DNA of 64,000 nt from Lingula anatina (taxonomy: Eukaryota; Animalia; Brachiopoda): the NCBI GenBank assembly GCA_051362555.1, contig JBPQGU010000016.1, positions 3,410,001 through 3,474,000 on the forward strand, read 5' to 3'. A program made the translations under genes and the position numbers. How positions within the stretch are numbered: position 1 is the stretch's first letter; each line of letters opens with the position of its first letter. The notes under the pieces were generated by a model. The model was not told where the DNA came from. It was given only the letters and a program-made list of their open reading frames with translations, and searched no databases. Shown one piece after another: positions 39,401 through 54,400 of the stretch.

Positions 39401-42400
39401 GGTGTCAACATTAAGGAAGAAATAGAGCAAAAACTCTGTCTCTCCCCCCCCCTCTCAGATTCTGTTCTCAGAGCTTATTTTTGGATCATCTTTAAAGCTA
39501 GAATTGGGGGCCTTGATGAAGTGACCCGGGCGCGTTTCCACATTTTTTATGAATGACAGGTGTGGTAGATTGATTTTCGTCACTTTTTGGAAAAATCGGA
39601 GACGGGTCGATTTTTGGTGATTTTGAGTGATTTTGAACAGTGCCGGCACTGTGAGATTTCTTCAATTTTGGCCAGGTAGGGATGAAAATTTTTTTTCTTC
39701 ATTATAGTGTCAGGTAGGTGTGTTCGGTCATTTGTAGTAAGAATAAAGTGCTGGAAGAGTGGTGGTGTCAACATTAAGGAAGAAATAGAGCAAAAACTCT
39801 GTCTCTCCCCCCCCCTCTCAGATTCTGTTCTCAGAGCTTATTTTTGGATCATCTTTAAAGCTAGAATTGGGGGCCTTGATGAAGTGACCCGGGCGCGTTT
39901 CCACATTTTTTATGAATGACAGGTGTGGTAGATTGATTTTCGTCACTTTTTGGAAAAATCGGAGACGGGTCGATTTTTGGTGATTTTGAGTGATTTTGAA
40001 CAGTGCCGGCACTGTGAGATTTCTTCAATTTTGGCCAGGTAGGGATGAAAATTTTTTTTCTTCATTATATAGTGTCAGGTAGGTGTGTTCGGTCATTTGT
40101 AGTAAGAATAAAGTGCTGGAAGAGTGGTGGTGTCAACATTAAGGAAGAAATAGAGCAAAAACTCTGTCTCTCCCCCCCCCTCTCAGATTCTGTTCTCAGA
40201 GCTTATTTTTGGATCATCTTTAAAGCTAGAATTGGGGGCCTTGATGAAGTGACCCGGGCGCGTTTCCACATTTTTTATGAATGACAGGTGTGGTAGATTG
40301 ATTTTCGTCACTTTTTGGAAAAATCGGAGACGGGTCGATTTTTGGTGATTTTGAGTGATTTTGAACAGTGCCGGCACTGTGAGATTTCTTCAATTTTGGC
40401 CAGGTAGGGATGAAAATTTTTTTTCTTCATTATAGTGTCAGGTAGGTGTGTTCGGTCATTTGTAGTAAGAATAAAGTGCTGGAAGAGTGGTGGTGTCAAC
40501 ATTAAGGAAGAAATAGAGCAAAAACTCTGTCTCTCCCCCCCCCTCTCAGATTCTGTTCTCAGAGCTTATTTTTGGATCATCTTTAAAGCTAGAATTGGGG
40601 GCCTTGATGAAGTGACCCGGGCGCGTTTCCACATTTTTTATGAATGACAGGTGTGGTAGATTGATTTTCGTCACTTTTTGGAAAAATCGGAGACGGGTCG
40701 ATTTTTGGTGATTTTGAGTGATTTTGAACAGTGCCGGCACTGTGAGATTTCTTCAATTTTGGCCAGGTAGGGATGAAAATTTTTTTTCTTCATTATAGTG
40801 TCAGGTAGGTGTGTTCGGTCATTTGTAGTAAGAATAAAGTGCTGGAAGAGTGGTGGTGTCAACATTAAGGAAGAAATAGAGCAAAAACTCTGTCTCTCCC
40901 CCCCCCTCTCAGATTCTGTTCTCAGAGCTTATTTTTGGATCATCTTTAAAGCTAGAATTGGGGGCCTTGATGAAGTGACCCGGGCGCGTTTCCACATTTT
41001 TTATGAATGACAGGTGTGGTAGATTGATTTTCGTCACTTTTTGGAAAAATCGGAGACGGGTCGATTTTTGGTGATTTTGAGTGATTTTGAACAGTGCCGG
41101 CACTGTGAGATTTCTTCAATTTTGGCCAGGTAGGGATGAAAATTTTTTTTCTTCATTATAGTGTCAGGTAGGTGTGTTCGGTCATTTGTAGTAAGAATAA
41201 AGTGCTGGAAGAGTGGTGGTGTCAACATTAAGGAAGAAATAGAGCAAAAACTCTGTCTCTCCCCCCCCCTCTCAGATTCTGTTCTCAGAGCTTATTTTTG
41301 GATCATCTTTAAAGCTAGAATTGGGGGCCTTGATGAAGTGACCCGGGCGCGTTTCCACATTTTTTATGAATGACAGGTGTGGTAGATTGATTTTCGTCAC
41401 TTTTTGGAAAAATCGGAGACGGGTCGATTTTTGGTGATTTTGAGTGATTTTGAACAGTGCCGGCACTGTGAGATTTCTTCAATTTTGGCCAGGTAGGGAT
41501 GAAAATTTTTTTTCTTCATTATAGTGTCAGGTAGGTGTGTTCGGTCATTTGTAGTAAGAATAAAGTGCTGGAAGAGTGGTGGTGTCAACATTAAGGAAGA
41601 AATAGAGCAAAAACTCTGTCTCTCCCCCCCCCTCTCAGATTCTGTTCTCAGAGCTTATTTTTGGATCATCTTTAAAGCTAGAATTGGGGGCCTTGATGAA
41701 GTGACCCGGGCGCGTTTCCACATTTTTTATGAATGACAGGTGTGGTAGATTGATTTTCGTCACTTTTTGGAAAAATCGGAGACGGGTCGATTTTTGGTGA
41801 TTTTGAGTGATTTTGAACAGTGCCGGCACTGTGAGATTTCTTCAATTTTGGCCAGGTAGGGATGAAAATTTTTTTTCTTCATTATAGTGTCAGGTAGGTG
41901 TGTTCGGTCATTTGTAGTAAGAATAAAGTGCTGGAAGAGTGGTGGTGTCAACATTAAGGAAGAAATAGAGCAAAAACTCTGTCTCTCCCCCCCCCTCTCA
42001 GATTCTGTTCTCAGAGCTTATTTTTGGATCATCTTTAAAGCTAGAATTGGGGGCCTTGATGAAGTGACCCGGGCGCGTTTCCACATTTTTTATGAATGAC
42101 AGGTGTGGTAGATTGATTTTCGTCACTTTTTGGAAAAATCGGAGACGGGTCGATTTTTGGTGATTTTGAGTGATTTTGAACAGTGCCGGCACTGTGAGAT
42201 TTCTTCAATTTTGGCCAGGTAGGGATGAAAATTTTTTTTCTTCATTATAGTGTCAGGTAGGTGTGTTCGGTCATTTGTAGTAAGAATAAAGTGCTGGAAG
42301 AGTGGTGGTGTCAACATTAAGGAAGAAATAGAGCAAAAACTCTGTCTCTCCCCCCCCCTCTCAGATTCTGTTCTCAGAGCTTATTTTTGGATCATCTTTA

Positions 42401-45400
42401 AAGCTAGAATTGGGGGCCTTGATGAAGTGACCCGGGCGCGTTTCCACATTTTTTATGAATGACAGGTGTGGTAGATTGATTTTCGTCACTTTTTGGAAAA
42501 ATCGGAGACGGGTCGATTTTTGGTGATTTTGAGTGATTTTGAACAGTGCCGGCACTGTGAGATTTCTTCAATTTTGGCCAGGTAGGGATGAAAATTTTTT
42601 TTCTTCATTATAGTGTCAGGTAGGTGTGTTCGGTCATTTGTAGTAAGAATAAAGTGCTGGAAGAGTGGTGGTGTCAACATTAAGGAAGAAATAGAGCAAA
42701 AACTCTGTCTCTCCCCCCCCCTCTCAGATTCTGTTCTCAGAGCTTATTTTTGGATCATCTTTAAAGCTAGAATTGGGGGCCTTGATGAAGTGACCCGGGC
42801 GCGTTTCCACATTTTTTATGAATGACAGGTGTGGTAGATTGATTTTCGTCACTTTTTGGAAAAATCGGAGACGGGTCGATTTTTGGTGATTTTGAGTGAT
42901 TTTGAACAGTGCCGGCACTGTGAGATTTCTTCAATTTTGGCCAGGTAGGGATGAAAATTTTTTTTCTTCATTATAGTGTCAGGTAGGTGTGTTCGGTCAT
43001 TTGTAGTAAGAATAAAGTGCTGGAAGAGTGGTGGTGTCAACATTAAGGAAGAAATAGAGCAAAAACTCTGTCTCTCCCCCCCCCTCTCAGATTCTGTTCT
43101 CAGAGCTTATTTTTGGATCATCTTTAAAGCTAGAATTGGGGGCCTTGATGAAGTGACCCGGGCGCGTTTCCACATTTTTTATGAATGACAGGTGTGGTAG
43201 ATTGATTTTCGTCACTTTTTGGAAAAATCGGAGACGGGTCGATTTTTGGTGATTTTGAGTGATTTTGAACAGTGCCGGCACTGTGAGATTTCTTCAATTT
43301 TGGCCAGGTAGGGATGAAAATTTTTTTTCTTCATTATAGTGTCAGGTAGGTGTGTTCGGTCATTTGTAGTAAGAATAAAGTGCTGGAAGAGTGGTGGTGT
43401 CAACATTAAGGAAGAAATAGAGCAAAAACTCTGTCTCTCCCCCCCCCTCTCAGATTCTGTTCTCAGAGCTTATTTTTGGATCATCTTTAAAGCTAGAATT
43501 GGGGGCCTTGATGAAGTGACCCGGGCGCGTTTCCACATTTTTTATGAATGACAGGTGTGGTAGATTGATTTTCGTCACTTTTTGGAAAAATCGGAGACGG
43601 GTCGATTTTTGGTGATTTTGAGTGATTTTGAACAGTGCCGGCACTGTGAGATTTCTTCAATTTTGGCCAGGTAGGGATGAAAATTTTTTTTCTTCATTAT
43701 AGTGTCAGGTAGGTGTGTTCGGTCATTTGTAGTAAGAATAAAGTGCTGGAAGAGTGGTGGTGTCAACATTAAGGAAGAAATAGAGCAAAAACTCTGTCTC
43801 TCCCCCCCCCTCTCAGATTCTGTTCTCAGAGCTTATTTTTGGATCATCTTTAAAGCTAGAATTGGGGGCCTTGATGAAGTGACCCGGGCGCGTTTCCACA
43901 TTTTTTATGAATGACAGGTGTGGTAGATTGATTTTCGTCACTTTTTGGAAAAATCGGAGACGGGTCGATTTTTGGTGATTTTGAGTGATTTTGAACAGTG
44001 CCGGCACTGTGAGATTTCTTCAATTTTGGCCAGGTAGGGATGAAAATTTTTTTTCTTCATTATAGTGTCAGGTAGGTGTGTTCGGTCATTTGTAGTAAGA
44101 ATAAAGTGCTGGAAGAGTGGTGGTGTCAACATTAAGGAAGAAATAGAGCAAAAACTCTGTCTCTCCCCCCCCCTCTCAGATTCTGTTCTCAGAGCTTATT
44201 TTTGGATCATCTTTAAAGCTAGAATTGGGGGCCTTGATGAAGTGACCCGGGCGCGTTTCCACATTTTTTATGAATGACAGGTGTGGTAGATTGATTTTCG
44301 TCACTTTTTGGAAAAATCGGAGACGGGTCGATTTTTGGTGATTTTGAGTGATTTTGAACAGTGCCGGCACTGTGAGATTTCTTCAATTTTGGCCAGGTAG
44401 GGATGAAAATTTTTTTTCTTCATTATAGTGTCAGGTAGGTGTGTTCGGTCATTTGTAGTAAGAATAAAGTGCTGGAAGAGTGGTGGTGTCAACATTAAGG
44501 AAGAAATAGAGCAAAAACTCTGTCTCTCCCCCCCCCTCTCAGATTCTGTTCTCAGAGCTTATTTTTGGATCATCTTTAAAGCTAGAATTGGGGGCCTTGA
44601 TGAAGTGACCCGGGCGCGTTTCCACATTTTTTATGAATGACAGGTGTGGTAGATTGATTTTCGTCACTTTTTGGAAAAATCGGAGACGGGTCGATTTTTG
44701 GTGATTTTGAGTGATTTTGAACAGTGCCGGCACTGTGAGATTTCTTCAATTTTGGCCAGGTAGGGATGAAAATTTTTTTTCTTCATTATAGTGTCAGGTA
44801 GGTGTGTTCGGTCATTTGTAGTAAGAATAAAGTGCTGGAAGAGTGGTGGTGTCAACATTAAGGAAGAAATAGAGCAAAAACTCTGTCTCTCCCCCCCCCT
44901 CTCAGATTCTGTTCTCAGAGCTTATTTTTGGATCATCTTTAAAGCTAGAATTGGGGGCCTTGATGAAGTGACCCGGGCGCGTTTCCACATTTTTTATGAA
45001 TGACAGGTGTGGTAGATTGATTTTCGTCACTTTTTGGAAAAATCGGAGACGGGTCGATTTTTGGTGATTTTGAGTGATTTTGAACAGTGCCGGCACTGTG
45101 AGATTTCTTCAATTTTGGCCAGGTAGGGATGAAAATTTTTTTTCTTCATTATAGTGTCAGGTAGGTGTGTTCGGTCATTTGTAGTAAGAATAAAGTGCTG
45201 GAAGAGTGGTGGTGTCAACATTAAGGAAGAAATAGAGCAAAAACTCTGTCTCTCCCCCCCCCTCTCAGATTCTGTTCTCAGAGCTTATTTTTGGATCATC
45301 TTTAAAGCTAGAATTGGGGGCCTTGATGAAGTGACCCGGGCGCGTTTCCACATTTTTTATGAATGACAGGTGTGGTAGATTGATTTTCGTCACTTTTTGG

Positions 45401-48400
45401 AAAAATCGGAGACGGGTCGATTTTTGGTGATTTTGAGTGATTTTGAACAGTGCCGGCACTGTGAGATTTCTTCAATTTTGGCCAGGTAGGGATGAAAATT
45501 TTTTTTCTTCATTATAGTGTCAGGTAGGTGTGTTCGGTCATTTGTAGTAAGAATAAAGTGCTGGAAGAGTGGTGGTGTCAACATTAAGGAAGAAATAGAG
45601 CAAAAACTCTGTCTCTCCCCCCCCCTCTCAGATTCTGTTCTCAGAGCTTATTTTTGGATCATCTTTAAAGCTAGAATTGGGGGCCTTGATGAAGTGACCC
45701 GGGCGCGTTTCCACATTTTTTATGAATGACAGGTGTGGTAGATTGATTTTCGTCACTTTTTGGAAAAATCGGAGACGGGTCGATTTTTGGTGATTTTGAG
45801 TGATTTTGAACAGTGCCGGCACTGTGAGATTTCTTCAATTTTGGCCAGGTAGGGATGAAAATTTTTTTTCTTCATTATAGTGTCAGGTAGGTGTGTTCGG
45901 TCATTTGTAGTAAGAATAAAGTGCTGGAAGAGTGGTGGTGTCAACATTAAGGAAGAAATAGAGCAAAAACTCTGTCTCTCCCCCCCCCTCTCAGATTCTG
46001 TTCTCAGAGCTTATTTTTGGATCATCTTTAAAGCTAGAATTGGGGGCCTTGATGAAGTGACCCGGGCGCGTTTCCACATTTTTTATGAATGACAGGTGTG
46101 GTAGATTGATTTTCGTCACTTTTTGGAAAAATCGGAGACGGGTCGATTTTTGGTGATTTTGAGTGATTTTGAACAGTGCCGGCACTGTGAGATTTCTTCA
46201 ATTTTGGCCAGGTAGGGATGAAAATTTTTTTTCTTCATTATAGTGTCAGGTAGGTGTGTTCGGTCATTTGTAGTAAGAATAAAGTGCTGGAAGAGTGGTG
46301 GTGTCAACATTAAGGAAGAAATAGAGCAAAAACTCTGTCTCTCCCCCCCCCTCTCAGATTCTGTTCTCAGAGCTTATTTTTGGATCATCTTTAAAGCTAG
46401 AATTGGGGGCCTTGATGAAGTGACCCGGGCGCGTTTCCACATTTTTTATGAATGACAGGTGTGGTAGATTGATTTTCGTCACTTTTTGGAAAAATCGGAG
46501 ACGGGTCGATTTTTGGTGATTTTGAGTGATTTTGAACAGTGCCGGCACTGTGAGATTTCTTCAATTTTGGCCAGGTAGGGATGAAAATTTTTTTTCTTCA
46601 TTATAGTGTCAGGTAGGTGTGTTCGGTCATTTGTAGTAAGAATAAAGTGCTGGAAGAGTGGTGGTGTCAACATTAAGGAAGAAATAGAGCAAAAACTCTG
46701 TCTCTCCCCCCCCCCTCTCAGATTCTGTTCTCAGAGCTTATTTTTGGATCATCTTTAAAGCTAGAATTGGGGGCCTTGATGAAGTGACCCGGGCGCGTTT
46801 CCACATTTTTTATGAATGACAGGTGTGGTAGATTGATTTTCGTCACTTTTTGGAAAAATCGGAGACGGGTCGATTTTTGGTGATTTTGAGTGATTTTGAA
46901 CAGTGCCGGCACTGTGAGATTTCTTCAATTTTGGCCAGGTAGGGATGAAAATTTTTTTTCTTCATTATAGTGTCAGGTAGGTGTGTTCGGTCATTTGTAG
47001 TAAGAATAAAGTGCTGGAAGAGTGGTGGTGTCAACATTAAGGAAGAAATAGAGCAAAAACTCTGTCTCTCCCCCCCCCTCTCAGATTCTGTTCTCAGAGC
47101 TTATTTTTGGATCATCTTTAAAGCTAGAATTGGGGGCCTTGATGAAGTGACCCGGGCGCGTTTCCACATTTTTTATGAATGACAGGTGTGGTAGATTGAT
47201 TTTCGTCACTTTTTGGAAAAATCGGAGACGGGTCGATTTTTGGTGATTTTGAGTGATTTTGAACAGTGCCGGCACTGTGAGATTTCTTCAATTTTGGCCA
47301 GGTAGGGATGAAAATTTTTTTTCTTCATTATAGTGTCAGGTAGGTGTGTTCGGTCATTTGTAGTAAGAATAAAGTGCTGGAAGAGTGGTGGTGTCAACAT
47401 TAAGGAAGAAATAGAGCAAAAACTCTGTCTCTCCCCCCCCCTCTCAGATTCTGTTCTCAGAGCTTATTTTTGGATCATCTTTAAAGCTAGAATTGGGGGC
47501 CTTGATGAAGTGACCCGGGCGCGTTTCCACATTTTTTATGAATGACAGGTGTGGTAGATTGATTTTCGTCACTTTTTGGAAAAATCGGAGACGGGTCGAT
47601 TTTTGGTGATTTTGAGTGATTTTGAACAGTGCCGGCACTGTGAGATTTCTTCAATTTTGGCCAGGTAGGGATGAAAATTTTTTTTCTTCATTATAGTGTC
47701 AGGTAGGTGTGTTCGGTCATTTGTAGTAAGAATAAAGTGCTGGAAGAGTGGTGGTGTCAACATTAAGGAAGAAATAGAGCAAAAACTCTGTCTCTCCCCC
47801 CCCTCTCAGATTCTGTTCTCAGAGCTTATTTTTGGATCATCTTTAAAGCTAGAATTGGGGGCCTTGATGAAGTGACCCGGGCGCGTTTCCACATTTTTTA
47901 TGAATGACAGGTGTGGTAGATTGATTTTCGTCACTTTTTGGAAAAATCGGAGACGGGTCGATTTTTGGTGATTTTGAGTGATTTTGAACAGTGCCGGCAC
48001 TGTGAGATTTCTTCAATTTTGGCCAGGTAGGGATGAAAATTTTTTTTCTTCATTATAGTGTCAGGTAGGTGTGTTCGGTCATTTGTAGTAAGAATAAAGT
48101 GCTGGAAGAGTGGTGGTGTCAACATTAAGGAAGAAATAGAGCAAAAACTCTGTCTCTCCCCCCCCCTCTCAGATTCTGTTCTCAGAGCTTATTTTTGGAT
48201 CATCTTTAAAGCTAGAATTGGGGGCCTTGATGAAGTGACCCGGGCGCGTTTCCACATTTTTTATGAATGACAGGTGTGGTAGATTGATTTTCGTCACTTT
48301 TTGGAAAAATCGGAGACGGGTCGATTTTTGGTGATTTTGAGTGATTTTGAACAGTGCCGGCACTGTGAGATTTCTTCAATTTTGGCCAGGTAGGGATGAA

Positions 48401-51400
48401 AATTTTTTTTCTTCATTATAGTGTCAGGTAGGTGTGTTCGGTCATTTGTAGTAAGAATAAAGTGCTGGAAGAGTGGTGGTGTCAACATTAAGGAAGAAAT
48501 AGAGCAAAAACTCTGTCTCTCCCCCCCCCTCTCAGATTCTGTTCTCAGAGCTTATTTTTGGATCATCTTTAAAGCTAGAATTGGGGGCCTTGATGAAGTG
48601 ACCCGGGCGCGTTTCCACATTTTTTATGAATGACAGGTGTGGTAGATTGATTTTCGTCACTTTTTGGAAAAATCGGAGACGGGTCGATTTTTGGTGATTT
48701 TGAGTGATTTTGAACAGTGCCGGCACTGTGAGATTTCTTCAATTTTGGCCAGGTAGGGATGAAAATTTTTTTTCTTCATTATAGTGTCAGGTAGGTGTGT
48801 TCGGTCATTTGTAGTAAGAATAAAGTGCTGGAAGAGTGGTGGTGTCAACATTAAGGAAGAAATAGAGCAAAAACTCTGTCTCTCCCCCCCCCTCTCAGAT
48901 TCTGTTCTCAGAGCTTATTTTTGGATCATCTTTAAAGCTAGAATTGGGGGCCTTGATGAAGTGACCCGGGCGCGTTTCCACATTTTTTATGAATGACAGG
49001 ATTGATTTTCGTCACTTTTTGGAAAAATCGGAGACGGGTCGATTTTTGGTGATTTTGAGTGATTTTGAACAGTGCCGGCACTGTGAGATTTCTTCAATTT
49101 TGGCCAGGTAGGGATGAAAATTTTTTTTCTTCATTATAGTGTCAGGTAGGTGTGTTCGGTCATTTGTAGTAAGAATAAAGTGCTGGAAGAGTGGTGGTGT
49201 CAACATTAAGGAAGAAATAGAGCAAAAACTCTGTCTCCCCCCCCCCCTCTCAGATTCTGTTCTCAGAGCTTATTTTTGGATCATCTTTAAAGCTAGAATT
49301 GGGGGCCTTGATGAAGTGACCCGGGCGCGTTTCCACATTTTTTATGAATGACAGGTGTGGTAGATTGATTTTCGTCACTTTTTGGAAAAATCGGAGACGG
49401 GTCGATTTTTGGTGATTTTGAGTGATTTTGAACAGTGCCGGCACTGTGAGATTTCTTCAATTTTGGCCAGGTAGGGATGAAAATTTTTTTTCTTCATTAT
49501 AGTGTCAGGTAGGTGTGTTCGGTCATTTGTAGTAAGAATAAAGTGCTGGAAGAGTGGTGGTGTCAACATTAAGGAAGAAATAGAGCAAAAACTCTGTCTC
49601 TCCCCCCCCCCCTCTCAGATTCTGTTCTCAGAGCTTATTTTTGGATCATCTTTAAAGCTAGAATTGGGGGCCTTGATGAAGTGACCCGGGCGCGTTTCCA
49701 CATTTTTTATGAATGACAGGTGTGGTAGATTGATTTTCGTCACTTTTTGGAAAAATCGGAGACGGGTCGATTTTTGGTGATTTTGAGTGATTTTGAACAG
49801 TGCCGGCACTGTGAGATTTCTTCAATTTTGGCCAGGTAGGGATGAAAATTTTTTTTCTTCATTATAGTGTCAGGTAGGTGTGTTCGGTCATTTGTAGTAA
49901 GAATAAAGTGCTGGAAGAGTGGTGGTGTCAACATTAAGGAAGAAATAGAGCAAAAACTCTGTCTCCCCCCCCCCCTCTCAGATTCTGTTCTCAGAGCTTA
50001 TTTTTGGATCATCTTTAAAGCTAGAATTGGGGGCCTTGATGAAGTGACCCGGGCGCGTTTCCACATTTTTTATGAATGACAGGTGTGGTAGATTGATTTT
50101 CGTCACTTTTTGGAAAAATCGGAGACGGGTCGATTTTTGGTGATTTTGAGTGATTTTGAACAGTGCCGGCACTGTGAGATTTCTTCAATTTTGGCCAGGT
50201 AGGGATGAAAATTTTTTTTCTTCATTATAGTGTCAGGTAGGTGTGTTCGGTCATTTGTAGTAAGAATAAAGTGCTGGAAGAGTGGTGGTGTCAACATTAA
50301 GGAAGAAATAGAGCAAAAACTCTGTCTCCCCCCCCCCCTCTCAGATTCTGTTCTCAGAGCTTATTTTTGGATCATCTTTAAAGCTAGAATTGGGGGCCTT
50401 GATGAAGTGACCCGGGCGCGTTTCCACATTTTTTATGAATGACAGGTGTGGTAGATTGATTTTCGTCACTTTTTGGAAAAATCGGAGACGGGTCGATTTT
50501 TGGTGATTTTGAGTGATTTTGAACAGTGCCGGCACTGTGAGATTTCTTCAATTTTGGCCAGGTAGGGATGAAAATTTTTTTTCTTCATTATAGTGTCAGG
50601 TAGGTGTGTTCGGTCATTTGTAGTAAGAATAAAGTGCTGGAAGAGTGGTGGTGTCAACATTAAGGAAGAAATAGAGCAAAAACTCTGTCTCCCCCCCCCC
50701 CTCTCAGATTCTGTTCTCAGAGCTTATTTTTGGATCATCTTTAAAGCTAGAATTGGGGGCCTTGATGAAGTGACCCGGGCGCGTTTCCACATTTTTTATG
50801 AATGACAGGTGTGGTAGATTGATTTTCGTCACTTTTTGGAAAAATCGGAGACGGGTCGATTTTTGGTGATTTTGAGTGATTTTGAACAGTGCCGGCATTG
50901 TGAGATTTCTTCAATTTTGGCCAGGTAGGGATGAAAATTTTTTTTCTTCATTATAGTGTCAGGTAGGTGTGTTCGGTCATTTGTAGTAAGAATAAAGTGC
51001 TGGAAGAGTGGTGGTGTCAACATTAAGGAAGAAATAGAGCAAAAACTCTGTCTCCCCCCCCCCCCTCTCAGATTCTGTTCTCAGAGCTTATTTTTGGATC
51101 ATCTTTAAAGCTAGAATTGGGGGCCTTGATGAAGTGACCCGGGCGCGTTTCCACATTTTTTATGAATGACAGGTGTGGTAGATTGATTTTCGTCACTTTT
51201 TGGAAAAATCGGAGACGGGTCGATTTTTGGTGATTTTGAGTGATTTTGAACAGTGCCGGCACTGTGAGATTTCTTCAATTTTGGCCAGGTAGGGATGAAA
51301 ATTTTTTTTCTTCATTATAGTGTCAGGTAGGTGTGTTCGGTCATTTGTAGTAAGAATAAAGTGCTGGAAGAGTGGTGGTGTCAACATTAAGGAAGAAATA

Positions 51401-54400
51401 GAGCAAAAACTCTGTCTCCCCCCCCCCTCTCAGATTCTGTTCTCAGAGCTTATTTTTGGATCATCTTTAAAGCTAGAATTGGGGGCCTTGATGAAGTGAC
51501 CCGGGCGCGTTTCCACATTTTTTATGAATGACAGGTGTGGTAGATTGATTTTCGTCACTTTTTGGAAAAATCGGAGACGGGTCGATTTTTGGTGATTTTG
51601 AGTGATTTTGAACAGTGCCGGCACTGTGAGATTTCTTCAATTTTGGCCAGGTAGGGATGAAAATTTTTTTTCTTCATTATAGTGTCAGGTAGGTGTGTTC
51701 GGTCATTTGTAGTAAGAATAAAGTGCTGGAAGAGTGGTGGTGTCAACATTAAGGAAGAAATAGAGCAAAAACTCTGTCTCCCCCCCCCCCCTCTCAGATT
51801 CTGTTCTCAGAGCTTATTTTTGGATCATCTTTAAAGCTAGAATTGGGGGCCTTGATGAAGTGACCCGGGCGCGTTTCCACATTTTTTATGAATGACAGGT
51901 GTGGTAGATTGATTTTCGTCACTTTTTGGAAAAATCGGAGACGGGTCGATTTTTGGTGATTTTGAGTGATTTTGAACAGTGCCGGCACTGTGAGATTTCT
52001 TCAATTTTGGCCAGGTAGGGATGAAAATTTTTTTTCTTCATTATAGTGTCAGGTAGGTGTGTTCGGTCATTTGTAGTAAGAATAAAGTGCTGGAAGAGTG
52101 GTGGTGTCAACATTAAGGAAGAAATAGAGCAAAAACTCTGTCTCCCCCCCCCCCTCTCAGATTCTGTTCTCAGAGCTTATTTTTGGATCATCTTTAAAGC
52201 TAGAATTGGGGGCCTTGATGAAGTGACCCGGGCGCGTTTCCACATTTTTTATGAATGACAGGTGTGGTAGATTGATTTTCGTCACTTTTTGGAAAAATCG
52301 GAGACGGGTCGATTTTTGGTGATTTTGAGTGATTTTGAACAGTGCCGGCACTGTGAGATTTCTTCAATTTTGGCCAGGTAGGGATGAAAATTTTTTTTCT
52401 TCATTATAGTGTCAGGTAGGTGTGTTCGGTCATTTGTAGTAAGAATAAAGTGCTGGAAGAGTGGTGGTGTCAACATTAAGGAAGAAATAGAGCAAAAACT
52501 CTGTCTCCTCCCCCCCCTCTCAGATTCTGTTCTCAGAGCTTATTTTTGGATCATCTTTAAAGCTAGAATTGGGGGCCTTGATGAAGTGACCCGGGCGCGT
52601 TTCCACATTTTTTATGAATGACAGGTGTGGTAGATTGATTTTCGTCACTTTTTGGAAAAATCGGAGACGGGTCGATTTTTGGTGATTTTGAGTGATTTTG
52701 AACAGTGCCGGCACTGTGAGATTTCTTCAATTTTGGCCAGGTAGGGATGAAAATTTTTTTTCTTCATTATAGTGTCAGGTAGGTGTGTTCGGTCATTTGT
52801 AGTAAGAATAAAGTGCTGGAAGAGTGGTGGTGTCAACATTAAGGAAGAAATAGAGCAAAAACTCTGTCTCTCCCCCCCCTCTCAGATTCTGTTCTCAGAG
52901 CTTATTTTTGGATCATCTTTAAAGCTAGAATTGGGGGCCTTGATGAAGTGACCCGGGCGCGTTTCCACATTTTTTATGAATGACAGGTGTGGTAGATTGA
53001 TTTTCGTCACTTTTTGGAAAAATCGGAGACGGGTCGATTTTTGGTGATTTTGAGTGATTTTGAACAGTGCCGGCACTGTGAGATTTCTTCAATTTTGGCC
53101 AGGTAGGGATGAAAATTTTTTTTCTTCATTATAGTGTCAGGTAGGTGTGTTCGGTCATTTGTAGTAAGAATAAAGTGCTGGAAGAGTGGTGGTGTCAACA
53201 TTAAGGAAGAAATAGAGCAAAAACTCTGTCTCTCCCCCCCCTCTCAGATTCTGTTCTCAGAGCTTATTTTTGGATCATCTTTAAAGCTAGAATTGGGGGC
53301 CTTGATGAAGTGACCCGGGCGCGTTTCCACATTTTTTATGAATGACAGAAATGACAGGTGTGGTAGATTGATTTTCGTCACTTTTTGGAAAAATCGGAGA
53401 CGGGTCGATTTTTGGTGATTTTGAGTGATTTTGAACAGTGACGGCACTGTGAGATTTCTTCAATTTTGGCCAGGTAGGGATGAAAATTTTTTTTTCTTCA
53501 TTATAGTGTCAGGTAGGTGTGTTCGGTCATTTGTAGTAAGAATAAAGTGCTGGAAGAGTGGTGGTGTCACATTAAGGAAGAAATAGAGCAAAAACTCTGT
53601 CTCTCCCCCCCCTCTCAGATTCTGTTCTCAGAGCTTATTTTTGGATCATCTTTAAAGCTAGAATTGGGGGCCTTGATGAAGTGACCCGGGCGCGTTTCCA
53701 CATTTTTTATGAATGACAGGTGTGGTAGATTGATTTTCGTCACTTTTTGGAAAAATCGGAGACGGGTCGATTTTTGGTGATTTTGAGTGATTTTGAACAG
53801 TGCCGGCACTGTGAGATTTCTTCAATTTTGGCCAGGTAGGGATGAAAATTTTTTTTCTTCATTATAGTGTCAGGTAGGTGTGTTCGGTCATTTGTAGTAA
53901 GAATAAAGTGCTGGAAGAGTGGTGGTGTCAACATTAAGGAAGAAATAGAGCAAAAACTCTGTCTCTCCCCCCCTCTCAGATTCTGTTCTCAGAGCTTATT
54001 TTTGGATCATCTTTAAAGCTAGAATTGGGGGCCTTGATGAAGTGACCCGGGCGCGTTTCCACATTTTTTATGAATGACAGGTGTGGTAGATTGATTTTCG
54101 TCACTTTTTGGAAAAATCGGAGACGGGTCGATTTTTGGTGATTTTGAGTGATTTTGAACAGTGCCGGCACTGTGAGATTTCTTCAATTTTGGCCAGGTAG
54201 GGATGAAAATTTTTTTTCTTCATTATAGTGTCAGGTAGGTGTGTTCGGTCATTTGTAGTAAGAATAAAGTGCTGGAAGAGTGGTGGTGTCAACATTAAGG
54301 AAGAAATAGAGCAAAAACTCTGTCTCTCCCCCCCTCTCAGATTCTGTTCTCAGAGCTTATTTTTGGATCATCTTTAAAGCTAGAATTGGGGGCCTTGATG

